DNA of 63,005 nucleotides, the filler included, from Octopus bimaculoides (Eukaryota): NCBI RefSeq assembly GCF_001194135.2. It is 5 parts of 5 records of this genome, joined end to end, with 100 filler letters (N's around TTAATTAATTAA, not from the genome) between each part and the next. Parts side by side here need not be neighbours in the genome. Positions count along the whole stretch, not along the records: positions 1 to 29,766 come from NC_069001.1; positions 29,867 to 44,418 come from NC_068981.1; 3 more parts are not named here. One strand, written 5' to 3'. The notes below the pieces were generated by a model. That model was not told the DNA's origin and searched no databases. It worked only from the letters and a program-made list of their open reading frames with translations. The position numbers and the translations under genes are program-made. Below are positions 29,416 through 43,661 of the stretch, in pieces. The number at the start of each line of letters is the position of its first letter. The stretch's first letter is position 1.

Positions 29416-29766
29416 CTGATGAAGAAAACGCTCAGAAATATAACTATTTATCAATGCATGTGAGTGTGTATATATATGGATTGCCGCATGGCTTTTTTAT
29501 TGTATATGTATATATTATTTTGTGATGTTTGTTTTCGTCATTGAGCTGTACGTTCGTTAGCTATTCCCAGTGGCTTTTCGCCACTGGCGCCAACATAACT
29601 GGACAATATCAACGTTAAAATCTCAAATTGTAATGCTCTTTTGAACATTGACTGACAAGGATTTAGCTACAAATTTTGTATTTATGTTTTTCTAAAATTT
29701 TCCGTTTGTTGTGAGATTGTTAAGTTTTTTAATTATGCCGAATATATATATATATATATATATATA

Positions 29767-29866
29767 NNNNNNNNNNNNNNNNNNNNNNNNNNNNNNNNNN
29801 NNNNNNNNNNTTAATTAATTAANNNNNNNNNNNNNNNNNNNNNNNNNNNNNNNNNNNNNNNNNNNN
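29767..29866. other. Artificial 100-bp scaffold linker (N44-TTAATTAATTAA-N44); also at 44419-44518, 60573-60672 and 61861-61960
   Basis: Identical 44+12+44 layout four times; the 12-mer contains stops in all six frames. Confidence 0.92.
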
Positions 29867-30670
29867 ATAAAGTAAGCAGAAAAAGGAGAAATATTGATCA
29901 ACGACAATTGACTTACATCAATTATTATTTTTTAATTCAATGTAAAATAGACTGTATCCCATCTTACAGCTGTTTCTGCTTCCAGTGTTATATGGTATTG
30001 CTATTGAAAATTCTAAAAATAATATTTATCATATATGGTAATACATCCGATCTGGAACATGGAGCTTCATCAGAGTGAAGAAAGTGCTCGCTCCATTTTG
30101 GAAATCATAACCTATGTATGTATGTATGTATGTATGTATTTATGTATGTTATATATGATGGAAGAGATAATATTTCTAAGTTCGCTCCTTCTGTTCCAAA
30201 CAAATACTGTATATCAAGGTTCTTCAACTACCAAACCGCGAACCAATACCAGCGATACACAAAATATAAATTTTTTAATTTTGATTTGATTTTATTGATT
30301 ATCGCAGTCTGCAGGGTCTCTTTGCATTATATATGTATTTTATAAGTAATAATTAAATCATATATTATGCACTTTAAAGTGTTTCGTTGTGCCCGTGATT
30401 CTCCGGTCTGGGGACAAATTGTCTTGCACGAAACCGCTCTGCAGTGCAAAAGTGGTTGGAAACCGCTGCTCTCTATGATCAAATTTTGATCTGCCATCAC
30501 AAATCATATGCTCCATTCACTGTGAACCCTATCATTCCTATCGCATACATCAAGCTTACCTATCTTTCTTATATCGACCGCTGCTCGTCAGGAAATGTTA
30601 CACCTATTATCCATGCAATGTGTCATTTCATGAATCATTCTATACTTTGTTCCACCTCATAAACCTCTAA

Positions 30671-31387
30671 CAGTGTCTCACTTGTAAGACATTGCACAAC
30701 ATTTTACGTCCTAAACAGCGCGACGTCTAACTTCCTAGACAGTACACAACATCTCACTTCTTATATACCATACATTTTATTTTCTAGACTATATACGTCT
30801 AACTTTTTAGGCATATTACTTAACTAGCATAGCGTGTTTAATATCATCGATACCATACAGTGTCTCATTTTCACAGCCACCACACACAGTCTCACTTTTT
30901 AAACACTCCACAGTTTCTCACATCTTATACACTGTAGATTATCTCATTTCTAACACGTCATACAGTGTCCCACATCCAGCATGCCAGACAGTATCTCCTT
31001 TTCCCACTTTCTATACACCATACTGCGCCTCGCTTTCTATACACTATACAGTGCTTCACTTCGAACACAATAAACAATGTCTCACTTTCAATACACCCCA
31101 CTGTGTCTCATAGTACATTATACAATATCACACATTCAATACATCACACAGTATATTACATCAGATATTGTCTCACTTTCAAGACACTACATAGTCTCCC
31201 TCTTTCAGCCCACTGTATTGTGTATAGAAAGTGTCTAATTTTCTGTAGTATTTGACTTAATAGACACTGCTTTCCTATGTGTCACACATTGATATACACC
31301 ACATTGCGTCACATATTCTATACACCACACCGCATTACTTCCTAAACATGACAGAGTGTCACTTTCTTACAGCACTAACAGTGTCTT
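30671..31387. repeat. Degenerate minisatellite, unit about 26-28 bp (CAGTGTCTCACTTTCTATACACCATA-like)
   Basis: Recurrent (A/C)AGTGTCTCAC/TATCTCAT...ATACA units at roughly regular spacing. Confidence 0.65.
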
Positions 31388-32391
31388 AATTCATAGACAC
31401 CATAGCGTATCTCATTTTTAAAACATCGTTTATAACTATACTACAAGCCTTCCATTCTAACCCGCCACCGCCGCCGCCGTCATCGACATTGCTGTAAGCG
31501 ATTATTTTTTCAAAGCTATCATCACTACCTTCATCATAACCAACCATTACGACATCACTGCAATAACAACAGCATGAACAAACATAACAGCAACAAACGT
31601 GTAAACTAAATAAATACTGGAAGAATAACAAATGCCTCACCACCGCCATTATATATAGCAACATTCACACCAACACAAACATTAATAGTACCACCAATGT
31701 TATCCCATCGTCAGTGGAGCGGCAATGCTAATAATAGTAATTTGTAATATGGCGCGAACCAAAATTTTGGTTGGGAGTTTGTCAATTAAACCAATCCTAG
31801 TAGTTTACTGATACTTCTTTTTATCGATTCCGGAAGGATGAAAGGCAATTTCACCTCGACGGGATTTAAAGTCACAATGTAAGCAATCGGAACAAATACC
31901 ACGAGGCATTTGTCCAACATCCTGACGATTCCGTCACATTACCGCTCTAATAAGAGCAAGAGCAACAATAACTAAATCTCTTTATTTACCACTGAGGACA
32001 ACATAATTCAATATAGTCATATATTATACACGAAAGCGTTAAATATTGGACGGTTTCAGCCTTTCAACACGCCAACGTTTTATATCCATGCATCTGTATG
32101 TGATTGTGCATTTCTTAGCGTTTGCACTGAACTGTAGACATTCAAAGTGACTCTCCTACCTACTTTTTGTACGAAGTTCTTAGGTTCTCTCAGGGCTTCC
32201 TTCTATGCTTTTAGAATTTCTGTGGCTCTGACTACTTTGCTATAATTTGTTATTTAACTGAGGACGATGTTTCCAAGAAGTGGTGGTACCGGTTTATGTT
32301 AAAACGCTCGTTTTTGAGTTGGTGGCGCTGAAGTTATCGTTGCTCTTGTCCATACTCATTGTCTTTTCTGCACCAGTATATACATATACGT

Positions 32392-32430
<39 letters not shown>

Positions 32431-32868
32431 CGTGCGCGTGCGCGTGCGCGTGCGCGTGCGCGTGCGTGCGTGCGTGTGTGCGTGTGTGTGTATGTGTATG
32501 TGCGTGCGTGTGTGCGTGTATGTATGTGTGTATACAGAAACAGACGGATATAGACAGACAGATGGTGTAATTGACAAAGAAGTGCAGTAAACTTGCAGTG
32601 AGGCATGGAAAATTCAACGTTTCAGATACAGTCCTTCTTCACGAAAATGTTCACAGGAGTGAAATTAGAGACCTCAGAATATTTTCGACATAGATGTAAA
32701 ATACTGCCTCTCTTTTATAGCCGATGTAGACCAAAACTCTGGGTTCTGTTTTATCATATATGTGTTTGTGTTCGTGTGTGTGTATGTCTGTCTGTCTGTG
32801 TGTTTGAGTGTATGTGTGTATGTGTGTACCTGAATGTGTGCGTGCGTGCGTGTGTGTTTATACATATA

Positions 32869-33087
32869 TGTGGTGGGGTGCTGAAAAGTTCCTGGCTATA
32901 AGGGTGTCGCGAAAGGCCTGGTTGGCGGCTCAACCTTCCGAGTTCTTTTACAGGGCTTAGAAAAACTGAAGGACCGCTGCAATAAGTGTGTGAATCCAAG
33001 AGGGAATATGTTGAATAAAATTCATAATTAACTGATCCACCTGTATTTTCTTTTACCCAAAGCCAGAAGCTTTTCATCATCCCCTCG
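32869..33087 (+). mobile_element. Mariner-derived MITE
   Basis: TIRs GGGGTGCTGAAAAGTTCCTGGCT / AGCCAGAAGCTTTTCATCATCCCCTCG, flanking TA, internal remnant of the transposase C-terminus (GLEKLKDRCNKCV...GEYVE-like). Confidence 0.8.
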
Positions 33088-33189
33088 TATATTATGACAC
33101 TCAATTCTGATCTAAAAGGTATGATGCTCTGTTTCACGACAATGAACTTCATATCGTGTAGTCCTTTTCGTATGTTTTAAACATTTTTA

Positions 33190-33987
33190 AAGTCATTCTT
33201 CTGTTCCTTGTTCTTCTCTTAAACGGTCTGATATTGCTGTCCTGCCCAGCATCCATTCACTCCTCATCGTCAAAGAGGGATGGAATGATACTGCGGAGAG
33301 TGGGACATTGGCAACATCCATTTCTGGATTCAAGGACACAGTAATCTCCTCCGCCATTTCCGAAGTTCCGACTGGTGGTGCAACTGGAACAGAATTCTCC
33401 GGGATCTTCTGCTGTTGCTGGTTTTGCTTCTCTTTGATGCACACATTCTCTGTTTTTCCATTTCTTCGGAGCAGAAAGGCTTCTGCTGCCACGTACATAA
33501 CAGCTGGATTTTTCACTCTGCACCACCAGACTATAATACCTGGTGTTTCTACTCTCATGGAGGAGCACAGTTCCAGGCTGGCCCTGTGGTTTTGGTGAGT
33601 CATAAGGATTGCAAATCCAAGCTGCCCCCTCTTCATCAACCAAATATTGTTCCTCGTCTCCTCTGTGTTCACCACTCGCGCTACAAAAGTGACAACAAAC
33701 TAGAAGTCAATTCGACTGTCCAATGACCCTAGCTTACAGCTTTGTTTTGCGCTGACCCATCTAATGTAGTCCAATCCTACGACTAGTTGTGTATGTCATT
33801 ATTTCTATTTACTGTTTTATTTCGCTCTCGGTCTTTAAAACCGGACACCAATATGCCCTCGCTCGCTCGGTAGACAAGATACACAGATAGGGTAACATTT
33901 TCTGCTATTTTCAATATTTCGACTAGCGCTGCTGCTGGAAAGGCAACCTCCATTATTGCTGCTTTCGGCCACTCTTTTCTCTCTCTC

Positions 33988-34083
<96 letters not shown>

Positions 34084-34700
34084 TCTCTTGTTAGACACTC
34101 GGGTCAGAAAGCTTTCAAGTGGTTCTTGTTGACACAAGCATATCACCTGACTTTCTGCCTTGTACCGCAAGTCTTATAATCTTTGTCTCTGCATCTATGA
34201 TAGAGAACAGCTCCAGAATGGCCCTGTGTTCTTGAGAGATCGTAAAGACTTGCAAATCAATATTTACCTCTTTCAACTGCACGACTTTCTTCGTCACCTT
34301 TCCGCTCACCACCAGCCTGTATTGTGATAAAGGGTGACAACGAGTCAGAAGTTAATGCCATTAGTAACGCCTCTAACTATCACCCTTGTGTAATGCTGAT
34401 CCTTGTACTGAGGATGGATTTTTGACGTTTTGACTCTAATTAACGTTACGCTTTACGACCGGTCTTGAAAGCCGAGCAGACGGTACCATAAGCCTTGTCT
34501 GTGATACTGATCCATCCAGAGGCCAGATCATTCTTTAGTTGGTCTTTCGAAGAAATAGAGGAAAACTCCAACTCTTTTCGTGAAATAAATGGATTGTAAC
34601 TTTTTCTCCGCTGTCTTGAACAAGATCTTCTGCAATGTGACAACTTTTTTCCTCCTTGATATATTTCTACCAGCAATCCTTCTCTGCCTGAATTCTGTTC
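33190..34700 (-). mobile_element. Degraded L1/Tx1-like LINE ORF1 interrupted by (CT)n
   Basis: Broken frames such as RYYSLVVQSEK and IRLAVQGRK...ICLCQQE (zinc-knuckle-like); family assigned by recognition only. Confidence 0.4.
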
Positions 34701-35166
34701 ACAACCAGAATTTGGGTTCGATCTAATTTATCAACTTCAAAGATGTCATAACGAGGCTTTACAGTTAGCGTTGTCAGCCATGATAATGGCAACTGTGGAC
34801 TAGCTTACTCAGAAATAAATAACGACCACTAATTAATATTGCTGTCCATATCTAAGAAAAAAACAAAACAAAAAGAAAAAAACCAACGTCTAGATAATTT
34901 ATATCGGTTTATCCAGCTGGGAAATGNNNNNNNNNNACACACACGATAGTGTAATGTATATATGTATGTGTATATTTTTATAATCGGCAACACATTCCGC
35001 TTGTTAAATTAATGACACGTCAAATACACACACAAACACACATACAAACATCTCTGTGTGCATGTATGTATATATATATATATATACATAATCAGATATA
35101 TATATGTGTATACACATATATACAGAGAGGGGAGGGGAAAATGGAGAGAGAGTATGCTAGACAGAA

Positions 35167-35202
<36 letters not shown>

Positions 35203-35242
35203 TGCACGCGTACAGATACATATGCATGCATACATACATACA

Positions 35243-35276
<34 letters not shown>

Positions 35277-35809
35277 CATACAAACATATATACACACATA
35301 TACATAAATGCACACGCCAAAATGACGCGTGCCGATACAAGCATACTTGTCAACTGGTATCAAATTCGAGGCCAAGCAGTCCATCTCGAACTATACTTAG
35401 GATATTTTGTTTTATATACATTTTACTTGATGTAGGGTGTGTATAATATATATATATATATATATAAATGTATCTATGCATAATATACATACATACATAC
35501 ATACATACATACATGCATTCAGACATATACATATATATATAAGTTAATGTTCGTGTATATATATATATGTGTTTTCTTTTCGCTTTCTTTAAAACATTCT
35601 GTGTATACATACATACATACATACATACATATAACCATATATGTTAGTATACGTAGTTATTTCTGTGATTATAGACAAGCTTACTCATATTTACTCTATA
35701 TAATCTCAAGCGTATATAAGTGTTTGCGAGAGTGTCTGGGAGAGGGTGTGGAGTAAAATATTTTTAAGAAAGTTATCCGACGTATGTGGGAATAGATCAG
35801 TAGTTAAGC

Positions 35810-35840
<31 letters not shown>

Positions 35841-35919
35841 CGAAATGTGTTTGCATATGCACACCTACATACTCACATGCATATGTTCATATACTTATAC
35901 ATGTGTATATACACACACA

Positions 35920-35966
<47 letters not shown>

Positions 35967-36313
35967 ATGTATATGTGTGTATATATAGATATATATAAAT
36001 ATATATACCCAAACATATACATACACACATACACACATGCATACATGGACACATACATACATACATACATACATACATACATACATACATACACACCTGC
36101 TTGTACCATGTCTCATCTGAATATGCATAAAACTTATTGGAATGTTTACGACCCGTAACTGATAGTCTGCAACAAACACACACAGACATACAGACACGCA
36201 TAAATGCTCACAGTTGCATAGAATATACAAAATACACACACACGCACACACACACACACGTACATCTACACACATACATGCATACATATATAGTCGTACG
36301 TATACATAATCAA

Positions 36314-36355
<42 letters not shown>

Positions 36356-36679
36356 NNNNNNNNNNNNNNNNNNNNNNNNNNNNNNNNNNNNNNNNNNNNN
36401 NNNNNNNNNNNNNNNNNNNNNNNNNNNNNNNNNNNNNNNNNNNNNNNNNNNNNNNNNNNNNNNNNNNNNNTATATATATACATAAAGAATATGCAAACAT
36501 GTATTCTTATATACATGCCTGCAAAAACAAACGTCATTCATGAACGCCGCCTTATAATTAGTGGCAATTCCCATCGAAAAACCAAGAAGGGGTAATAACC
36601 GCTTATCTATTTGCCACAAGGACAAATAGGAATGGTAATAACAACAATGATAATAATTCTTTCTACTGGAGGTACAAGG

Positions 36680-36873
36680 CCTCAAATTTGTTGGGGGGGG
36701 GGGACTAGTCGATTACATCGACCCTAGTGTTTCACTGGTACTTAATTTATCGACCCCGAAACCATGAAAGACAAAGTCGAGCTCAGCGGAATTTGAACTC
36801 AGAACGTAAAGGCAGACGAAATGCAGCTAAGCATCTTGCCCGGCATGCTAACGATTCTACCAGCTCGCCGCCT

Positions 36874-36943
<70 letters not shown>

Positions 36944-39115
36944 GAAAATGGTGATGATGATGATGATGACGATGATGATGTTGACTTCTGTATTGAGCGC
37001 AAAGCCAAAATCATTGGTGGAAACGAGTGAAGGCAGTCCATTAGATCTGCTGCAGAACTCTACCGGTAAATATTCTATCGACGCCCGAATGGGGGAGGCG
37101 AAGTTATCTATTGTGGGATATAAGCAGAGAACGAAAAGGATCTAATTAAATACCACAAGGCATTTTGCAACAAACTGCCCTTATAACTGTTTCTAATACA
37201 GGCACCAGATTAGAAATTTCTTGGAGAGTAAGTCGAGAAGTATTTGACCAGTACTTTATTTTATGGCCATCTGGAGTAAGAAAGCAGTAGTCTCGACGAA
37301 GTTTTGATCTCGGAACATAAAAAGCCGGAATAAATATAAAGAATTTCGCCCAACACTAACGATTCTGCTAACTCACCACTCTTACTCTCCTAACAACAGT
37401 TTTTGACTTTTGGCAAAAGGCTAAAAATTTAGACTGACCCAGTACTTGACTGGTATCTTATTTTATCGACTCCGGAGGGATTAAAAGCAAAGTTGATCTC
37501 GGTGGAATTTGAACTCAGAATGTAAAGAGTTAGAACTAGTATCGTAAGGTTTTGTCAATCCATCTCTCTTAGATTTACTCTGCCAATAGTGGTTTCAAAT
37601 TTTGGCACAAAGCCAACAATTTTGTGGGAAGGGCTAAATCAATGACATCGACCCCAGTATTCACTTGGTACTTGTTTTATCAGCCCCGGAAAAGATTAAA
37701 GTCAGCCGCGAAGGAATTTGAACTCTGACCGTAAAGTCGAGCGAACTGTTGCTACTAAGCACTTCGCTCGGCTTGCTTAACGATCCTGCCAGCTCGACGC
37801 CTCGTTTTGGTATTCTCATATTAAGAATTCTTATTACTGGGCGGCAATTTTCCCTTTCCATCATTTCGAGATCGATAAAATTAAGTACAATTTAAATGCT
37901 GGGACCGATGATACCAACTAACCCTCTCCTCTGTTTGGCTGAGTTTTCTCAATCTGTCTGTATTAAATTCGTTCTAATGGCTTGATTCTGAACGGCTTTA
38001 ATTAGAGATCCACTTTCTCGTTTCAGATTTCCATCAGTCAGTTGGAACCAGCATTCTATACTTCCAGCATCCTCAGTTTGTTGCATGAATTGAGCATGTA
38101 ATTACTTCTTTTCCCAACAATAAGCCTTGTTGCACTTTCTTTTCTTGAATTCTCCAATTGTTTCAGTAATTTTTTTTTTTTGTGGGGGGATATTTCTTTT
38201 ACCATTATGCATAACAAAGTATTCTCAAACTTATTATTGCAGCACTGCTTATATCTTCTATGTATAACAAACCTCTGCCTCCTTCTTTTCTTCGAAGCAG
38301 AGACTTTTAAGGTGATGTGCATTGTGCATTATGAACAGCCTTCCAATTCTATGCAATTCCTGTGGCTGTTTTTGTTCACCTTAGAAGCAGAGAATCTCAA
38401 CACTAGCATGACCCATGTATTGGTCATCTTGATGACATCCTCTCCATTTGGTTATGAGGTTGTTGTAATTGTTATTATTTTTATTATAATTTAAGGTAGC
38501 AAGGTGGAAGAATCTTTAGCACGCCGAGCCAAATGCTTAGCGGCATTTCGTCTCTCTTTACGTTCTGAGTTCAAATTCTGCCGAGGTCCTTTGTCTTTCA
38601 TCCTTCCAGAGCCGATAAAATAAGTACCAGTTGAGCACTGGAATCGAAGTAATCGACTCACCCTCCCCGAATTTTCTGGCCTTGTGTCAAAATTTGAAAC
38701 CAGTGTTATTACTATTTAAAGCCCAAGCTGGCAGAATTGCTTACCTGCCGGACAGAATGCTTAGCGGCACTTCGTCTCTCTCTATGTCCTGAGTTCAAAT
38801 TCCACTGAGGTCGACATTGTCTTTCATCCTTTCGGGGTCGATAAAATAAGTACCAGCTGAATACTGGGTTCGATGTAAGCGACTTCCCACCACCCAGTTT
38901 TAAGCCTAGAAAGGATTATTGTCAATATTATTAAGGCGGCGAGCTGACAGAATCGTTACCGTGCCGAGCAAAATGCATAGCAGCATTGCGTCCGTCGACT
39001 TCGCTTTTCATTCCTCTTGGGGGTCGATGAAATATGTACCAGTTGAGCAGTAGAGTCGATGTAATCGATTTACTCCTTCCCCCGAACTTGGCCTGGTGCT
39101 AAAATTTGAAATCAT
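36680..39115. mobile_element. Dense cluster of about 8 OK-type SINE copies around an R4/Dong-like LINE fragment (about 37930-38470, minus)
   Basis: Repeated GAGTTCAAATTC(C/T)GC and GATAAAATAAGTACCAG motifs; LINE frame LHAQF...GNLKRESGSLIKAVQNQAIRTN. Confidence 0.75.
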
Positions 39116-39209
39116 CATTATTATTATATTATCTATTTATTTATCCATCTATTTAGTTAGATATCTTTGTGTGCATATTCATGTGTGCACACATACACAC
39201 ATACTCATT

Positions 39210-39279
<70 letters not shown>

Positions 39280-40901
39280 ATGTTAATTATATCAAAAGTT
39301 AACAGTCGTAAACAGCTCAGCCTAGGGCGAAACCCACCGTAGACAGTCAACTTTTGATATAATAAACCAGTCTATCTATCCACCTAACGTACTGAGTTTT
39401 ATATAAAATCAAGTCTGCACTGTGTAAAATATATGTTTGAATACACTTTACCACTCTCACATTGCGATATACATACATACATACATACATATATACATAC
39501 ATACATACATACATATATACATACATACATACATACATACATACATACAAACATATATTTATATGTATTTGTTACACACGCATACACACACACACACACA
39601 CACACACATGAGCAAATAACATAACATAAGCACATAAAATAAATTATTTCCACTCACCAATAAATTAATGGTGTCCCTTTTGTTGAAATTTGATAGCAAT
39701 GAAGTTTTCTTATTGCTGTTCTGATCGACAAGGCAGACAAACTTGCAACAGTGTCTCTGGTTTTCTCGAAAGATGACTCACCGACATCATGGCTAGCTAA
39801 CAAGTGGAACAAGCTAGAATAAATGTCCAATTTATTTCACCTTTCTTCGATTCATTGCGTAAATGATTTTTGTCTACCTTTCATCTCTTAACTTGTTTCA
39901 GTCATTGGAAGGCGGCCACGCTGGGGTATCACCTTGAATTCTGGAGAGTTTCTAATTCTGGGAAAACATAACTTGGCGAAGTGTTGTGTTTGATAAAGTA
40001 CAGGTGACGAAAAGGAACAAATATTGGGTGGCTTGAGTAGTCCTGGGTAAAGAGGCTATGAAACTGCGGTTGAATCTTTACCAGTCGGTCGAATGGGACA
40101 TGTTTCATATCCGATATAAGTTGTTACTGTTGTTGTCGCTGTTAGTGTATGATCATGAGCAATCCAGTGGTAACTTTTCTGTCTCTTTCCCGTGCTCAGG
40201 TAACGCAAGACCACATTATACATGTGTAGGGTGTGATTCGCGGGAGATTAACAACTATCTTTACCAAGTAAAGCGACCACGTATAAACTACTTGCCTAGT
40301 TGTTGTTGTTGGTCTTTAGTTAGAGGTTAAACCTGACCCAGCAGATCTGTCATTAAAAGCATTCCATCCGTAACCATTCCACGCTTTTCTTCTCTGCAAA
40401 AAAAAAAAAAAAAAAACTTGGAAGATATCGATCATATTTTTTCCTATGACAAAAAATGTGATTTGACGGAGATTTGACTACTATTTCTAGGAGATCGAAC
40501 GAACATTTAGTCTCCCATGTTAGCTCGAATTTCAGTCTATAGTGCTTGTGCGTATAGCAACAGAATGGTGTCCAAAGTGGATCTAGCTTATGCTATATAA
40601 AGCATCAATGTCTTATATCTGAAGTAGTACTGCATTCTTTGTAAAGCAGTATTGGCAATGATAGAGACGATACACTGTTATAGTCGTATCACTGCTTGGT
40701 GTTAGAGATTTCTTTCTTTTTCTTTACATAATAAAGTACTATATGGTTTAAAATTCAGATCTGTATAGAGAGAGAGAGACAGAGAGCATTATATATGTTT
40801 GCATATGCGAGTATGTTGTCTACACACACACACACACCTATGTATACATACATGTATATATGTATAGTGATATATATGTGTGTGTGCGTGTGTATGATGA
40901 A

Positions 40902-40940
<39 letters not shown>

Positions 40941-41989
40941 NNNNNNNNNNNNNNNNNNNNNNNNNNNNNNNNNNNNNNNNNNNNNNNNNNNNNNNNNNNN
41001 NNNNNNNNNNNNNNNNNNNNNNNNNNNNNNNNNNNNNNNNNNNNNNNNNNNNNNNNNNNNNNNNNNNNNNNNNNNNNNNNNNNNNNNNNNNNNNNNNNNN
41101 NNNNNNNNNNNNNNNNNNNNNNNNNNNNNNNNNNNNNNNNNNNNNNNNNNNNNNNNNNNNNNNNNNNNNNNNNNNNNNNNNNNNNNNNNNNNNNNNNNNN
41201 NNNNNNNNNNNNNNNNNNNNNNNNNNNNNNNNNNNNNNNNNNNNNNNNNNNNNNNNNNNNNNNNNNNNNNNNNNNNNNNNNNNNNNNNNNNNNNNNNNNN
41301 NNNNNNNNNNNNNNNNNNNNNNNNNNNNNNNNNNNNNNNNNNNNNNNNNNNNNNNNNNNNNNNNNNNNNNNNNNNNNNNNNNNNNNNNNNNNNNNNNNNN
41401 NNNNNNNNNNNNNNNNNNNNNNNNNNNNNNNNNNNNNNNNNNNNNNNNNNNNNNNNNNNNNNNNNNTATATATATATATACATACATACAGACATACATA
41501 TTCACAAGCATAATTATTTTTCTTTCAGCGTAATTAGGATAGAATTCAGCATAATTGAGAGATTCGTCGAGAATGAAGTAAAATTTATATATATATATAT
41601 AAAATAAAAAACCTCTAAAGTCCTTAGACACCATAATGAAATAGCTCCGATCATAACCTATAATTAGTGAAGTCAATTAATAATATTCATTCAGTTGACA
41701 ATAATTCGCAAGCATGATATATTAATTACCTCCTCTTTATTTTGATGATGATTAGAGATATGGATCACAGTTCTGTCAACCCTTTATCTCCCGTTAGCTT
41801 TCTCTTTCCACTAAATTGATGTGTCGCAGTAAACCATTACAGGCTTAACATAAAATTGGCCAATGGTTATTAAAGATTGGATTTATAAAATATACAAGAC
41901 AAGAAAGTTTATAGGAGACAGTAAAGCAAATACTATCATAAAAACTAATATTATTAAAGCAAACACTCATATATTATATATTATTATGC

Positions 41990-42480
41990 ATCGAGAGAAC
42001 CTCTTCTAGATGTTATCTTCCCATGAGGCATGATTCGCTGGCTAGAACTGTCTGGATGAGAATAAGAAAAACGAAAATACTAACATACGAAGTTGAGAAT
42101 GATGGTTCAAGAAAATACTGGCAGAACTAAAATATTTAAGCAACCACTGCATTAAAACACAACCGGCTAGATATTATTGAGACCACAAGAAGAAACATTC
42201 TCTGTTGTAGAAATCAGCTGCCCAGTGGAAACCAATGTGGTGAAAAAATACACGAGAAAGAAAGCATCTGTGGACGATTTATAAAGAGGTTGTCAATCTG
42301 GTACTTAAGATACACTTTCAGTTTTCATATCTATTATTATTGGAGCAACAGGATACGTACCAACCCGTCTGGAGCAAAGTATGGTTGAACATTGGTTCTT
42401 AGAGAGAGAATGTATTTCCTTAATTTATATGCTACAAATGATCACGATATCTGAAACAATAAAAATCTAAAAGAACCTCT
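41990..42480 (+). mobile_element. R4/Dong-like LINE C-terminal RLE remnant
   Basis: SSRCYLPMRHDSLA, KHNRLDII, VEISCPVETN and IIIGATGYV in broken frames. Confidence 0.65.
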
Positions 42481-42699
42481 TATGGTTTAAAGGATGGTGA
42501 ACAAAACAAGATTCTTGCCTTTCCAGCATTGCTACCAAACAGGTGGCTGGTCAAAATTAACTCTAAATTAAAAAGAGACAAAGATAACATACATGCATAC
42601 ATGCATATATAATGCATACATACATACATACATACGTACATATAAATCTGGCCATCCATCTATACATACATACATATGTAACAAATGTGGTTTTGAAGT

Positions 42700-43140
42700 T
42701 AGTTACGTTTCGTCATAGGAGACTATTCATTCCTTCGTGTGAAGAATGCTATCTCCTACAACCATAAACTTTAACGGAGCCACTTAGTACTATGACATGG
42801 AAGATCGTTTTAATGAACTGCAAATTTTCGCTGTATTACCGACAGACTGAATTTGTAGGGATTCTTTGAAATATTTACGAAAGACCTTTCTTAGAATGCC
42901 CAGATCCTGACATATCTTTTGCTCTGCGCTCCAGTACCGCAATAGCGCAGAGGTTGAAAGAGAACCTATAGTCGAGGTTTTACAAGCTGTATATTCAGCA
43001 CCTGTTTACCGATAGATATAGACTTCTTTGTCGTCCAACCCTATTGACAAAAGCGTGTGACTTTTGTTTCTTGTATGCGAAGACAATATCGACTTTTGTG
43101 TTTGCATTTTAAGTAAACGCCTTCATCAAAATTTTCAGCA
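42700..43140 (-). mobile_element. Possible L1/Tx1-like ORF2 3' remnant
   Basis: Fragment LCAIAVLERRAKDMS...GLS resembling Tx1-type C-termini; weak. Confidence 0.3.
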
Positions 43141-43409
43141 AGAATTCTTATTTAAATAATGTGGGAATATTTCATTATAGTGACCTCTTTTGTACTTCCG
43201 TCAAGAGGCAATGCTTCCTTCTTTTTATTCTCTATATGTATGGTTTCTTTCTGTGCCTCTATCGGCCATTTTAATTATATATTCTCACTTCAAGAGTGAC
43301 AATACTAGTCACAGAGAGGTAGTGGTTTTAGCATTTTTATTGTTTCGTATACACAACAAATTAATATTCACCCCGGTGTTCTGATAACAACCATAGTTCA
43401 GGTTTAATA

Positions 43410-43456
<47 letters not shown>

Positions 43457-43459
43457 AGT

Positions 43460-43497
<38 letters not shown>

Positions 43498-43507
43498 NNN
43501 NNNNNNN

Positions 43508-43546
<39 letters not shown>

Positions 43547-43601
43547 CATACACACATATATGCATATACATACATATATGTATATATATATATATATATA
43601 T

Positions 43602-43661
<60 letters not shown>

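Noticed and set aside
29811-29822. TTAATTAATTAA palindrome recurring four times
   Set aside because: It is always centred in exactly 44+44 Ns, so it is an assembly linker with six-frame stops, not biology.
32294-32367. MSMDKS... segment resembling the MSM start of IF-1 exon 7, or a short alternative tail (KDNEYGQEQR*)
   Set aside because: The acceptor context is poor (microsatellite), similarity stops after three residues, and the downstream sequence looks like a LINE 3' end.
35009-36685. Many long ORFs (MCVCV, YIYIY, HTHT) and X-filled ORFs in the track
   Set aside because: They are translations of dinucleotide/tetranucleotide microsatellites or N runs, with no splice or domain support.
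36821-37030. Poly-Ser/poly-Asp ORF
   Set aside because: It is an (AGT/AGC)n and (GAT)n microsatellite fused to a SINE head.
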